Source: Actinomycetota bacterium (lineage in GTDB: Bacteria > Actinomycetota > Actinomycetes > S36-B12). Taken from it: a stretch of 64,000 bases of DNA. Each line of letters starts with the position of its first letter. The stretch's first letter is position 1. The stretch covers positions 67,373 through 131,372 of the forward strand of contig VGBL01000005.1 in assembly GCA_016870515.1 (NCBI GenBank). The letters run 5' to 3'. The translations under genes and the position numbers were made by a program. Shown in pieces: positions 31,732 to 40,199 of this stretch. Under the pieces are notes generated by a model. It did no database searches, was not told the origin of the DNA, and saw nothing but the letters and a program-made list of their open reading frames with translations.

Positions 31732-32183
31732 ACCAACGGCTCCCGTAGTCTGCCGATGTGCCCGAGGATGCCGAGCCAGCCTGACAGGGGCGGACTGGCC
31801 GCACGTCTGACAAGAGACAGCGCATCCTCGACGCGGCACGAGTCCTACAGGAGCAACAGGGCGTAGCCGAGACATCTCATCGTGGCGTGGCCAGCACCGC
31901 CGACGTATCGACCCGATCGGTCACGGTGATCGCCGATGGCCCGAATGAACTCCTCGCCCCAATGACGGCGCAGCTTCCCCTTCCCCGACATCGCAGCGCA
32001 TGCAGGAGCAGGCGGTCGAGGGGGCGTCCACACCGATGGACACCGTCCTCGCCGCGGCGCACGACGCCTTCGGCGCTCCGGCTTGGGTATAGGACGTCAT
32101 CGAGACGCGAGTGTGCAGCTGTGCCGCGCCGCCATGAGGGGAATGCCGGCACAGGTGCACGCTCGGCGCGGGGGAAGGGGTGT

Positions 32184-33809
32184 TTAGGCGGTGGCGGCGC
32201 GGAGGGCGCCCACCGCAGCGGCCTCGTCTGCGCGAGACGCGCAGCGCGCCACGATGATGCACACGCCATCGGATGGTTCGTCCAGGGCCCGGCGCAGGGA
32301 ATCCACCGAGTCGGCGGCCTGCACGCGCACACGCGGCGCGGCCAGGAGCTCGGCGAGGTCCGCGCCATGCGGCGTGCCGAAGACGCGCTCGAAGTCGGTG
32401 GCAAACTCCGGGGCTCCCTGCTCCAGCATCGAGAAGATGCCGCCCCCGTCGTTGTCGATGACCACATAGGTCAGTCGCGGCAGCCGCTCGGTGGGCGCGG
32501 CAAGCAGGCCGTTGCGGTCATAGATAGCGGTGAGGTCCCCCACCAGCGCGTACGTCGCGCCGCGGCCATGCGCCAGGGCCGCTCCCCACGCTGTCGAGAT
32601 CACCCCGTCGATGCCCGATGTGCCGCGATTGCCGATGCAGCGCGCGCGAAGGGGGCCGGCGTAGAGCGAGACATGGCGAACGGGCCACGAGGCGCCGATG
32701 ACCAGCAGATCGTCGTCGGAGGCCTGCTGCGCCACGAGCCGTGCGACGACGGGGCCGGTCAACGGCGACTGCGCGAGGACGTCGTCGATGGCACCAGCGG
32801 CCGCGTCGTCGGCCGCGCGCCACTGCGCGAGCCACGCCTCATCGCGGTGACCAGCGGCCGCGGGCACGGCGTCGACGATCACCGAGGCGGTGCGCGCCGG
32901 GTCGACGCGGCCCAGCCGCGGGGGGACGTCGACGGCGATGTGCGTGCGCGCCGCCCGCAGGGCCGCGATCTCCGGTCGGTTGAGGCCCACGCGCCCGATG
33001 GTCACGATGACCTGGGGGGCGAACCCGGGCAGGATCAGCGGGCCGTGCCGCTGTGATTGCGGCAGCGCAGACAGGTTGCCCGATGGCTCGCTGATGATCG
33101 GCCAGCCCATGCGCGCGGCCAGGTCGGCAGCGTCCGCGCGCAGATCCTCGTCGTCGAAGTCCCCGGCGATGATCAGGCCGCGCGTAACATCGGCGTCGCT
33201 CGGCACCAGGGCCGCCAGTGACGGCCGCTCGCCGGCATCGCGGCGACGTCGAGGGCTCTGCGGCACCGGGGCGATCGCGTGCGCGTCGGCCAGCACCAGG
33301 GGCTCCGCGAGCGGCACGTTGAGGTGCACGGGTCCGGGCTGAGCCGTCGCGAGATCGAGGGCGCTCGCCACCGTCGCGCGCAGCACGCTGTCGCTCATGC
33401 CCTCGAGATCGGCCCACGTCACGACATCGGAGCCGAAGAGCTCGCGCTGGTCGATCGTCTGATTGGCCCCGCTGCCCCGCACGCTGCTGGGCCTGTCGGC
33501 AGTCACCGCGATCAGCGGCACGCCGGAGTAGGCGGCCTCCACGATCGCCGGGTGGAGGTTGACGGCGGCGGTGCCCGACGTGGTGACGACCGCCGCGGGT
33601 CGTCCCGACCCGCGAGCGATACCGAGCGCGAGGTAGGCGGCCGATCGCTCGTCGATGCGCACGTGCAGCCGCACCAGACCACGGCGTTCGGCATCGGCGA
33701 GGGACAGGGCGAGGGGCGCCGAACGAGACCCGGGACACTCGACCACGTCAGCAACGCCCGCGGCGAGCAACTCCTCGACCACGGCGCGGGCGATCGCCGG
33801 GCTGTCCAC
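32184..33809 (-). CDS. menD: 2-succinyl-5-enolpyruvyl-6-hydroxy-3-cyclohexene-1-carboxylate (SEPHCHC) synthase
   Basis: 541-aa ThDP enzyme (CPGSRSAPLALSL..., TSGTAAVNLHPA, GNRGTSGIDG). Located in the men cluster. Confidence 0.9.
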   Translation of the reverse strand: MDSPAIARAVVEELLAAGVADVVECPGSRSAPLALSLADAERRGLVRLHVRIDERSAAYLALGIARGSGRPAAVVTTSGTAAVNLHPAIVEAAYSGVPLIAVTADRPSSVRGSGANQTIDQRELFGSDVVTWADLEGMSDSVLRATVASALDLATAQPGPVHLNVPLAEPLVLADAHAIAPVPQSPRRRRDAGERPSLAALVPSDADVTRGLIIAGDFDDEDLRADAADLAARMGWPIISEPSGNLSALPQSQRHGPLILPGFAPQVIVTIGRVGLNRPEIAALRAARTHIAVDVPPRLGRVDPARTASVIVDAVPAAAGHRDEAWLAQWRAADDAAAGAIDDVLAQSPLTGPVVARLVAQQASDDDLLVIGASWPVRHVSLYAGPLRARCIGNRGTSGIDGVISTAWGAALAHGRGATYALVGDLTAIYDRNGLLAAPTERLPRLTYVVIDNDGGGIFSMLEQGAPEFATDFERVFGTPHGADLAELLAAPRVRVQAADSVDSLRRALDEPSDGVCIIVARCASRADEAAAVGALRAATA

Positions 33810-33854
33810 GCCAGAAGGCTCTCACGGCCCTCACCGCCGCGCGCACGCCGGTTG

Positions 33855-33903
33855 GCGCCACGAATCGACAACGAGCAGCCGTCTAGTTGTCGATTCGTGG
33901 CGC
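33855..33903. repeat. perfect 18-bp inverted repeat (strong hairpin)
   Basis: GCGCCACGAATCGACAAC (33855-33872) pairs with GTTGTCGATTCGTGGCGC (33886-33903), leaving a 13-nt loop. It lies 7 nt past the stop of the propeller remnant and 46 nt upstream of the menD start. Confidence 0.8.
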
Positions 33904-33909
33904 GATGGC

Positions 33910-34470
33910 TCAGCGGGCGCGGATGGTGACGGTGTTCGACCTCACTGTGTCGTGCCTGAAGTAGACGTGGATCTTCTTGCGGGTCGTGCGCGACCAGGTG
34001 AACGTCCCATCGGCGGCCACGGTATGCACCCCGAGCCCGGCGGCGGTGAAGTCCCCGCCCAGGTAGACCACCGAATCATCCAACGCCAACGCCCTGACAA
34101 TCCCGTTCATCCCTTGGCTATCGTCGGCCTGCAGGGCGATCCACGCACCCAAGCCCACATCCCACACCGCCACCTTGGACGCCGCCGAGCCACCCGCGGT
34201 GTGCAATCCCCCACCGGCGTAGACCAGCCCGTGTGAATCGTCCACCGCCAAAGCGCGGACCTCGCCGCCAGTCATGCCGGTGCCCAGGGGCTCAAAGCTC
34301 CCCAGCACCGTGTCGTCCATCGCACTGCGCGGGCCCACACGCAAGAAGCCCAACCCGCACGGCAGGCACACGCTGTCGCATCAAGACCCCCCTTCCCCGT
34401 ATCCACGGCCCGGGCGACCGCCGGATCGGCATCGACCCAGATCGAAACCAGCCCCTTTCGATCACGCCCT
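33910..34470 (-). pseudogene. beta-propeller-repeat protein remnant (N-terminally truncated, frameshifted)
   Basis: Repeats EVRALAVDDSHGLVYAGGGLHTAGG..VAVWD and IVRALALDDSVVYLGGDFTAAG. There is no signal peptide and no room for an N-terminus. Upstream of ORF 33910..34371 the repeat continues in another frame (VARAVDTGKGGL). Confidence 0.5.
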
Positions 34471-34495
34471 GACCGACTAGGGAAGAGCCAGGAAA

Positions 34496-35521
34496 CTACG
34501 ACGCGAGGCCCTCAATGAGATCGGCACCGCCGGACACCCACGCGTCGACCACGCGCTGCTTCCACCACCGAGCACGCTCATCGCCCAGCAGATCGCGCGC
34601 GGCCATGAGCGCGTCGAAGTCGGGGACCACCCGCCCCACACTGAGGTATCCGTCGCGCGGCACGCGGGGCTCCGACACCACATCGCGCGCAAGGAGGGCA
34701 CCGGTGCCCAGGCCACACGCAGGTGGCTCCCCCGCGAGCGCTGCGGCCAGGGCCAGCCCCGCGGACAGTCCGACGGCCGAATCGAGTGCTCCGCTCACCA
34801 CCACGGGTCCGCCCCACTCGCGTGCCAGGGCGAGCGCCGCGGCAACGCCACCGAGCGGAGCGACCTTGAGGATGACGATGTCGGCCGCCTCCAGAGCTCG
34901 GGGATCGGCGAAGCGCACGGATTCGTCGAGCGCGATGGCCACGTCGGTACGGCGGCGTAGCGCAAGCGTCTCCTCAACCGTGGGGCACGGCTGCTCGACG
35001 TATTCGAGGTCGTACGCCGAGAGGCGGCGTAACGCGCGCCCCGCGGTCTCCGTCGACCATCCACCATTGGCATCGATGCGCAAGCGGGCCGGGTCGGTGC
35101 GACCCAGCGAGCGCAGCGCCGTGTCGGCAGCGTCGCGCACCGCAACGAGTCGCGCCTCGTCGTCGGCGAGCACCTCACCCAGCGCCGCGACCTTGACCTT
35201 CAGCGTCGAGCACCCGTGCTCGAGGACAGCGCGTCGAGCCAGCGAGCCCGCATCGGCCGCTGGGAGCGCCGGGATGATCGCGTTGACCGGCACCCGGTCG
35301 CGGACGGTCTCGGGCCATGCGCCGAAGGACGCCTCAGCCGCCGCGGCGAGCCACAGCGCGCAGCCGCGCGGTGAATAGTCGTCGAAGGGCGCGAAGTCGC
35401 CCCACCCGCTCGGGCCGCGAAGGAGCACACCCTCGCGCACGGTGATACCGCGGAAACGATGCAGCAGCGGAAGCGCGTAGGGCACTGCATCATGCAGGAG
35501 GTCCTGGACGGTGACGGACAC
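34496..35521 (-). CDS. menC: o-succinylbenzoate synthase
   Basis: Enolase-superfamily motifs (LKVKV, RIDANGGW, YVEQP, ALDES). It starts 3 nt after the menB stop. Confidence 0.88.
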   Translation of the reverse strand: MSVTVQDLLHDAVPYALPLLHRFRGITVREGVLLRGPSGWGDFAPFDDYSPRGCALWLAAAAEASFGAWPETVRDRVPVNAIIPALPAADAGSLARRAVLEHGCSTLKVKVAALGEVLADDEARLVAVRDAADTALRSLGRTDPARLRIDANGGWSTETAGRALRRLSAYDLEYVEQPCPTVEETLALRRRTDVAIALDESVRFADPRALEAADIVILKVAPLGGVAAALALAREWGGPVVVSGALDSAVGLSAGLALAAALAGEPPACGLGTGALLARDVVSEPRVPRDGYLSVGRVVPDFDALMAARDLLGDERARWWKQRVVDAWVSGGADLIEGLAS

Positions 35522-35524
35522 GGA

Positions 35525-36472
35525 CTAGGGGCGCTTGGGGAACTTCGTGAAGTCGGGCGTGCGGCGCTGCGCGTAGGCATCGCGACCCTCCTGCGCCTCT
35601 TCGGTCATATAGAAGAGCAGGGTCGCGTCGCCGGCCAGTTGCTGTACGCCGGCCAGGCCGTCGTCGGCAGCGTTGTGCGATGCCTTGAGCATACGCAAAG
35701 CCAGCGGCGAGAGTGTGAGCATCTGCTGCGCCCACTCGACGGTCTCCTTCTCGAGGTCCTCGATCGGCACCACGGAGTTGACCAGCCCCCAGTCGTAGGC
35801 CTGCTCCGCGCCGTATTGCCGGCACAGCATCCACACCTCGCGGGAGCGCTTCTGCCCGATCGTGCGGGCCAGCAGGCCGGAGCCGTAGCCGCCATCGAAT
35901 GAGCCCACCTTGGGGCCGGTCTGGCCGAAGCGGGCATTGGAGGCGGCGATCGTCAGGTCGCACACGACGTGGAGCACATGGCCTCCGCCGATGGCGTAGC
36001 CCGCGACCATCGCGACGACGGGCTTGGGGGTGCGTCGGATCTGGACCTGCAGGTCGAGCACGTTGAGCCGGCCGATGCCCTTCTTGGCGATGTCGTCGTC
36101 GCCTATGTAGCCATCGTCGCCGCGGATCATCTGGTCGCCGCCGCTGCAGAAGGCCCAGTCGCCCTGGCCGGTGAGGACGATGACGCCCACGCCGTCGTTA
36201 TCGCGCGCGCGGGTGATCGCATCGGACATCTCGAAGAGGGTCTGCGGTCGAAACGCGTTGCGCTTGTGCGGACGGTTGATCGTCAGCTTGGCGATACCCG
36301 CGGCGTCGCCCGTCGACAACTCGTATCGGATGTCGCTGTAGTCGCCTGCACTCACCCACTCGCATGCCGGCACGATGCTGGAGAAGGAGGGATCCGCCAG
36401 GGCGGGGCTTCCCTCGGGGACGACGGGAGGAAGCGGGTAGCGCGTGCGCGAGTCGAACTCCTGGCCCACCAC
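35525..36472 (-). CDS. menB: 1,4-dihydroxy-2-naphthoyl-CoA synthase
   Basis: Crotonase fold ([31 protein letters not shown]). GTG 36472 or 36469 follows GAGGGAGG. The track start at TTG 36511 is less likely. Confidence 0.9.
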   Translation of the reverse strand: MVGQEFDSRTRYPLPPVVPEGSPALADPSFSSIVPACEWVSAGDYSDIRYELSTGDAAGIAKLTINRPHKRNAFRPQTLFEMSDAITRARDNDGVGVIVLTGQGDWAFCSGGDQMIRGDDGYIGDDDIAKKGIGRLNVLDLQVQIRRTPKPVVAMVAGYAIGGGHVLHVVCDLTIAASNARFGQTGPKVGSFDGGYGSGLLARTIGQKRSREVWMLCRQYGAEQAYDWGLVNSVVPIEDLEKETVEWAQQMLTLSPLALRMLKASHNAADDGLAGVQQLAGDATLLFYMTEEAQEGRDAYAQRRTPDFTKFPKRP

Positions 36473-36537
36473 GCCTCCCTCGTCTGCGCGCCCACGCCGG
36501 CGCGCCCCCAAACCTAGTCAGGCCTACCCTCGTGCGC

Positions 36538-37710
36538 ATGGCGGCACTCCCCTTGCGCACTGTCGATGTCGCCCCCGGCCCGCCCGGTCTCGCCGACGTC
36601 AACGCCGCCCTCACGGCACGACTCGATGGGGACGGCCCGCCGTTCGCCCTGATTCCGCAGCCGTCGCGCCACCTGACCGCCGACTACGTCCGCGTGGTCA
36701 CCGACGCCGTGCGCCCGGACGAGCCCGTCGACGATCCCGATGCGGCACTGGTGGTGGCCACCAGCGGCTCCACCGGAGAGCCCCGGGGCGTCGTCATCAC
36801 TCGCCACAACCTCCAAGCGGCGGTGACCGCATCGTGGGAGCGCATCGAAGGGCTGCGCGAGTGCGCGTGGGTGATCGCGCTGCCCGTGACGTCGATCGGC
36901 GGATTCGGTGCACTCGTGCGCGCATACATCGCGGGTACGCGCCTGCACGCGCTCGGCTCCATCGGAGGTGCGGCGCCCTTCGATCCCGTAGACCTGGTCG
37001 CGCTGTCCGTCGACGAGCCCTTCGCCATTTCGCTGGTGCCGACGCAGGTCGCCGACATCCTGTCGTCCCCGGACGCCACTGACTGGCTCGCGCGCGCGAC
37101 CGCCGTGATCGTCGGGGCGGCCGCCATGCCCGACGACCTGGCCGCGCGAGCGCGTGATGCCGGTGTACGCCTGGTGACGACCTACGGCATGACCGAGACG
37201 ACCGGTGGGTGCGTCTACGACGGCACCCCGCTGCCCGATGTCGACGTCGACATCGTCGACGGACTCATCGAGGTGAGCGGCCCATTGGTCGCGGCCGGCT
37301 ACCGCCAGGGTGACGGCGGGTTCACCGGATCAGGGGCGTCGCGACGCTTCCGCACGGCCGATCGCGGCGAATGGCGCGACGGTCGACTGCACATCCTGGG
37401 ACGATCAGACGACGTCGTGACCGTCAAGGGCGTCAACGTGGCCCTAGGTGCGATCGAGGCGGTGGTGCGCACCGAACTCGGTGTTCGCGAGGTCGCCGTG
37501 GTGGCGGTCTCCGACGAGCGCCGGGGCCACCGGCTCATGGCGTACGTGGTGATGTCGGATCCCGTCGGCCTGCCCGCAATCGCTCCCCTCGTCGTCGAAC
37601 GACTGGGCGGTGCAGCCCGACCTGAGGTCATCGACATCGATGCGCTGCCGCTCCTGCCCAATGGAAAGATCGATCGGCGCGCGCTCGCCGAGCGTGCGCT
37701 TCGCGACTAG
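36538..37710 (+). CDS. menE: o-succinylbenzoate-CoA ligase
   Basis: AMP-binding motif TSGSTGEPRGV, YGMTET and a C-terminal lysine (PNGKIDRRAL). ATG 36538; divergent from menB. Confidence 0.88.
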   Translation: MAALPLRTVDVAPGPPGLADVNAALTARLDGDGPPFALIPQPSRHLTADYVRVVTDAVRPDEPVDDPDAALVVATSGSTGEPRGVVITRHNLQAAVTASWERIEGLRECAWVIALPVTSIGGFGALVRAYIAGTRLHALGSIGGAAPFDPVDLVALSVDEPFAISLVPTQVADILSSPDATDWLARATAVIVGAAAMPDDLAARARDAGVRLVTTYGMTETTGGCVYDGTPLPDVDVDIVDGLIEVSGPLVAAGYRQGDGGFTGSGASRRFRTADRGEWRDGRLHILGRSDDVVTVKGVNVALGAIEAVVRTELGVREVAVVAVSDERRGHRLMAYVVMSDPVGLPAIAPLVVERLGGAARPEVIDIDALPLLPNGKIDRRALAERALRD

Positions 37711-37727
37711 CGCGATGAGGTGGAGGC

Positions 37728-38606
37728 ATGGCAACAGCGGCGCAGTGGATCGATGGGGCACGTCCGCGCACCCTGGGTGCGGCGATCGCTCCGGTGGCGG
37801 TCGGCACAGGTATCGCGGCAGCCGCTGACTCGCTCCAGCCGGTGCGTGCCGTGCTCGCCCTCATCGTGCTCCTCGCCGCGCAGGTCGGGGTCAACTACGC
37901 CAACGACTACAGCGATGGAATCCGCGGCACCGACGAGAAGCGCGTCGGGCCGGTGCGCCTGGTCGGGCAAGGGCTGGCGTCGCCAGCCGCCGTGCGCGCG
38001 GCGGCACTGGCCAGCCTTGTCGTCTCCGCCGTCGCCGGACTCGTGCTCGTCGCGCTGACCGCGCAGTGGTGGCTGCTGACCGTCGGGGGGTGCGCGCTGC
38101 TCGCCGCGTGGCTCTACACGGGCGGACCGAAGCCCTACGGCTATCTCGGCCTCGGCGAGGTCTTCGTCTTCGTCTTCTTCGGAATCGTCCCGGTCGTCGG
38201 CACGGCGTACGTGCAGACGCTCACCTTCTCAACGGCCGCCTGGGTCTCATCGATAGGCGTGGGCGCGCTCATCTGCGCGATCCTCGTCGCCAACAACCTT
38301 CGGGATACGCCCACCGACTCCTCCGTGGGCAAGCGGACGCTCGCGGTGCGGATGGGTGATGGGCCCACGCGGGTGCTCTACGTCGCGCTCGTGATGTCGG
38401 CGTTCGTCGTGATCGTGCCGCTCGCCGCGCTGCTCGGACTGGGGTTTGCTTGGCTGGGGTTTCTGGCCGCCCCACTGGCGATCCGACCCATGGCCGCGGT
38501 CTTAGGCGGGGCGTCGGGTGGCGCCCTCGTCGCCGTCCTGAAGACGACCGGAGTCGTCGTCCTCGCCTACGGGCTCCTGCTCGGTCTTGGCATCGGTTTG
38601 TCCTGA
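37728..38606 (+). CDS. menA: 1,4-dihydroxy-2-naphthoate polyprenyltransferase
   Basis: UbiA-family polytopic protein with the NDYSDGIRG motif. GGAGG precedes the ATG. Confidence 0.9.
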   Translation: MATAAQWIDGARPRTLGAAIAPVAVGTGIAAAADSLQPVRAVLALIVLLAAQVGVNYANDYSDGIRGTDEKRVGPVRLVGQGLASPAAVRAAALASLVVSAVAGLVLVALTAQWWLLTVGGCALLAAWLYTGGPKPYGYLGLGEVFVFVFFGIVPVVGTAYVQTLTFSTAAWVSSIGVGALICAILVANNLRDTPTDSSVGKRTLAVRMGDGPTRVLYVALVMSAFVVIVPLAALLGLGFAWLGFLAAPLAIRPMAAVLGGASGGALVAVLKTTGVVVLAYGLLLGLGIGLS

Positions 38607-38870
38607 GCCAGCGGGGGCCCGGTCGTCGTCGATGTCTTCGGCCGTGCGACTGCGCTCGATTCGCTCGTCGATGCGGCGGAATATCCCCGATAGGCCGCGA
38701 CTGGCCTGATTGCGCGGGCGGTCCAGGACGAAGAAGCTGATCACACCCGATATCACCAGCGCGACCGCTATGGCGATGAGTCCGCGGAGCGGGGTGACCA
38801 CCTGGATAGCCAGCCACGCCGCCAGCAGCACCGCGACGCGCAATGTGGTGTATAGGGCAATCCCGCGCAC
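38502..38870 (-). CDS. small membrane protein with acidic disordered tail (DUF4229-like)
   Basis: Two TMs (LRVAVLLAAWLAIQVV, LIAIAVALVISGVISFFVL) followed by a D/E-rich tail. The 3' end overlaps menA by 105 nt on the opposite strand. Confidence 0.6.
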   Translation of the reverse strand: MRGIALYTTLRVAVLLAAWLAIQVVTPLRGLIAIAVALVISGVISFFVLDRPRNQASRGLSGIFRRIDERIERSRTAEDIDDDRAPAGSGQTDAKTEQEPVGEDDDSGRLQDGDEGATRRPA

Positions 38871-38943
38871 ACCTCCACGTTAGGCGCGACGGGCGGACCC
38901 CGCCCGTTCGGGGTTAGGCTGGCGGGCAGGGAGGGAGGTTCTC

Positions 38944-39264
38944 ATGCTTCGCGTCGTGCTCATCCTGCTGGCCATCGCGGTTTACATCTGGTTCGCCATC
39001 GACGTGATCCGCACGCCCGCCTCGTCCGCCCGGACCCTGCCGAAGTACGTATGGCTCCTCATCGTGCTGCTCCTGCCCCTGCTGGGCGGGGTGATCTGGC
39101 TGCTGGCCGGGCGCCCCAAGCACGATCGCCCACGGCGCGGGCGTCGGCGCCGCGGACCGGTGGCCCCGGACGACGATCCGGCTTTCTTGCGTCAACTCGA
39201 CGACGATGCCTGGTCTGAGCGCATGCGCCGCCGCCGCGAAGAGGGCGACGAAGCCCCTGCCTAG
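38944..39264 (+). CDS. PLD-nuclease N-terminal (PLDc_N) domain membrane protein
   Basis: MLRVVLILLAIAVYIWFAIDVIRT...KYVWLLIVLLLPLLGGVIWLLAGRP is the typical PLDc_N two-TM motif. Strong GGGAGGGAGG SD. Confidence 0.75.
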   Translation: MLRVVLILLAIAVYIWFAIDVIRTPASSARTLPKYVWLLIVLLLPLLGGVIWLLAGRPKHDRPRRGRRRRGPVAPDDDPAFLRQLDDDAWSERMRRRREEGDEAPA

Positions 39265-40199
39265 AGGCCCGCGTACGAGTGCAGGCTGTTGACGAACAGG
39301 TTGACGCCGAAATAGTTGATGAGGAACGAGGCGAATCCCAGGAGTGAGATGTACGCCGAACGGCGTCCACGCCACCCCGCCGTCGCACGCGCATGCAGAT
39401 AGCCGGCATAGGTCACCCAGGTGATGAAGGCCCAGGTCTCCTTGGGATCCCAGCCCCAGTAACGACCCCAGGCATTCTCCGCCCAGATGGCGCCGGCGAT
39501 CACCGCGAAGGTCCACAGCGGGAAGGCGAAGATGAGGATGCGGTAGGCGAGCGTGTCGAGGCGCGCGGCGTCGGGAAGCTTCGTAACGACACCCGTGACG
39601 CGATCGAGCCGCTCGGCGCGCTCGCGCCACAGGTAGAGCAGCGTGATTCCCGCGGCGATGGTGAAGGCCCCGCCGCAAATGACCGCGGCCAACACATGGA
39701 TGACCAGCCACCACGACTTCAATGCCGGCACGAGTTGGGCAGCCTCCGTGTAGAGCACGGTGACCGCCAGGCCCAGGGTGAGAAGAGTGGCGCCGGTGAT
39801 GAAGAGCCCCAGCCATCGCACGTCGCGCCGAAGGGACATCACCAGGTAGACGCCGAGGATGCCGGCTGCAGATGACAGCGAGAACTCGTACATGTTGCCC
39901 CACGGCACGCGCCCGGCCCACAGGCCGCGCAGCACCAGGCCGACCAGGAGCACGCCGAAGGACAGCCAGGTGAGTGCAAGGCCGATATGGCTCGCACGCT
40001 GACCGGCCGGGTAGGCGACCGGCGCCGGGGGCGCCTCGATGACCGGAGCACCGGCTCCGACCGCCACTCTTTGTGGTGTAAGTACCCGCTGCCCGCGAGC
40101 GGCAAACCCGACGGCAAACGCGATGAAGGCGGCCGTGAGGGCGAACATCGCGGAATAAACCGCGACGTTGCTCCACTCCGCCAGCGATGTCGCGTTCAC
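39261..40199 (-). CDS. ccsA: system II cytochrome c biogenesis haem-handling protein (CcsA/ResC family)
   Basis: WWD motif WGRYWGWDPKETWAFITW. GTGA overlap with the resB stop. Confidence 0.9.
   Translation of the reverse strand: MNATSLAEWSNVAVYSAMFALTAAFIAFAVGFAARGQRVLTPQRVAVGAGAPVIEAPPAPVAYPAGQRASHIGLALTWLSFGVLLVGLVLRGLWAGRVPWGNMYEFSLSSAAGILGVYLVMSLRRDVRWLGLFITGATLLTLGLAVTVLYTEAAQLVPALKSWWLVIHVLAAVICGGAFTIAAGITLLYLWRERAERLDRVTGVVTKLPDAARLDTLAYRILIFAFPLWTFAVIAGAIWAENAWGRYWGWDPKETWAFITWVTYAGYLHARATAGWRGRRSAYISLLGFASFLINYFGVNLFVNSLHSYAGL

Noticed and set aside
31887-33056. 389-aa plus-strand ORF overlapping menD
   Set aside because: It is antisense to a full-length ThDP enzyme (menD). Its composition is Arg/Ala/Gly-rich with no motifs, so it is a GC-driven open frame.
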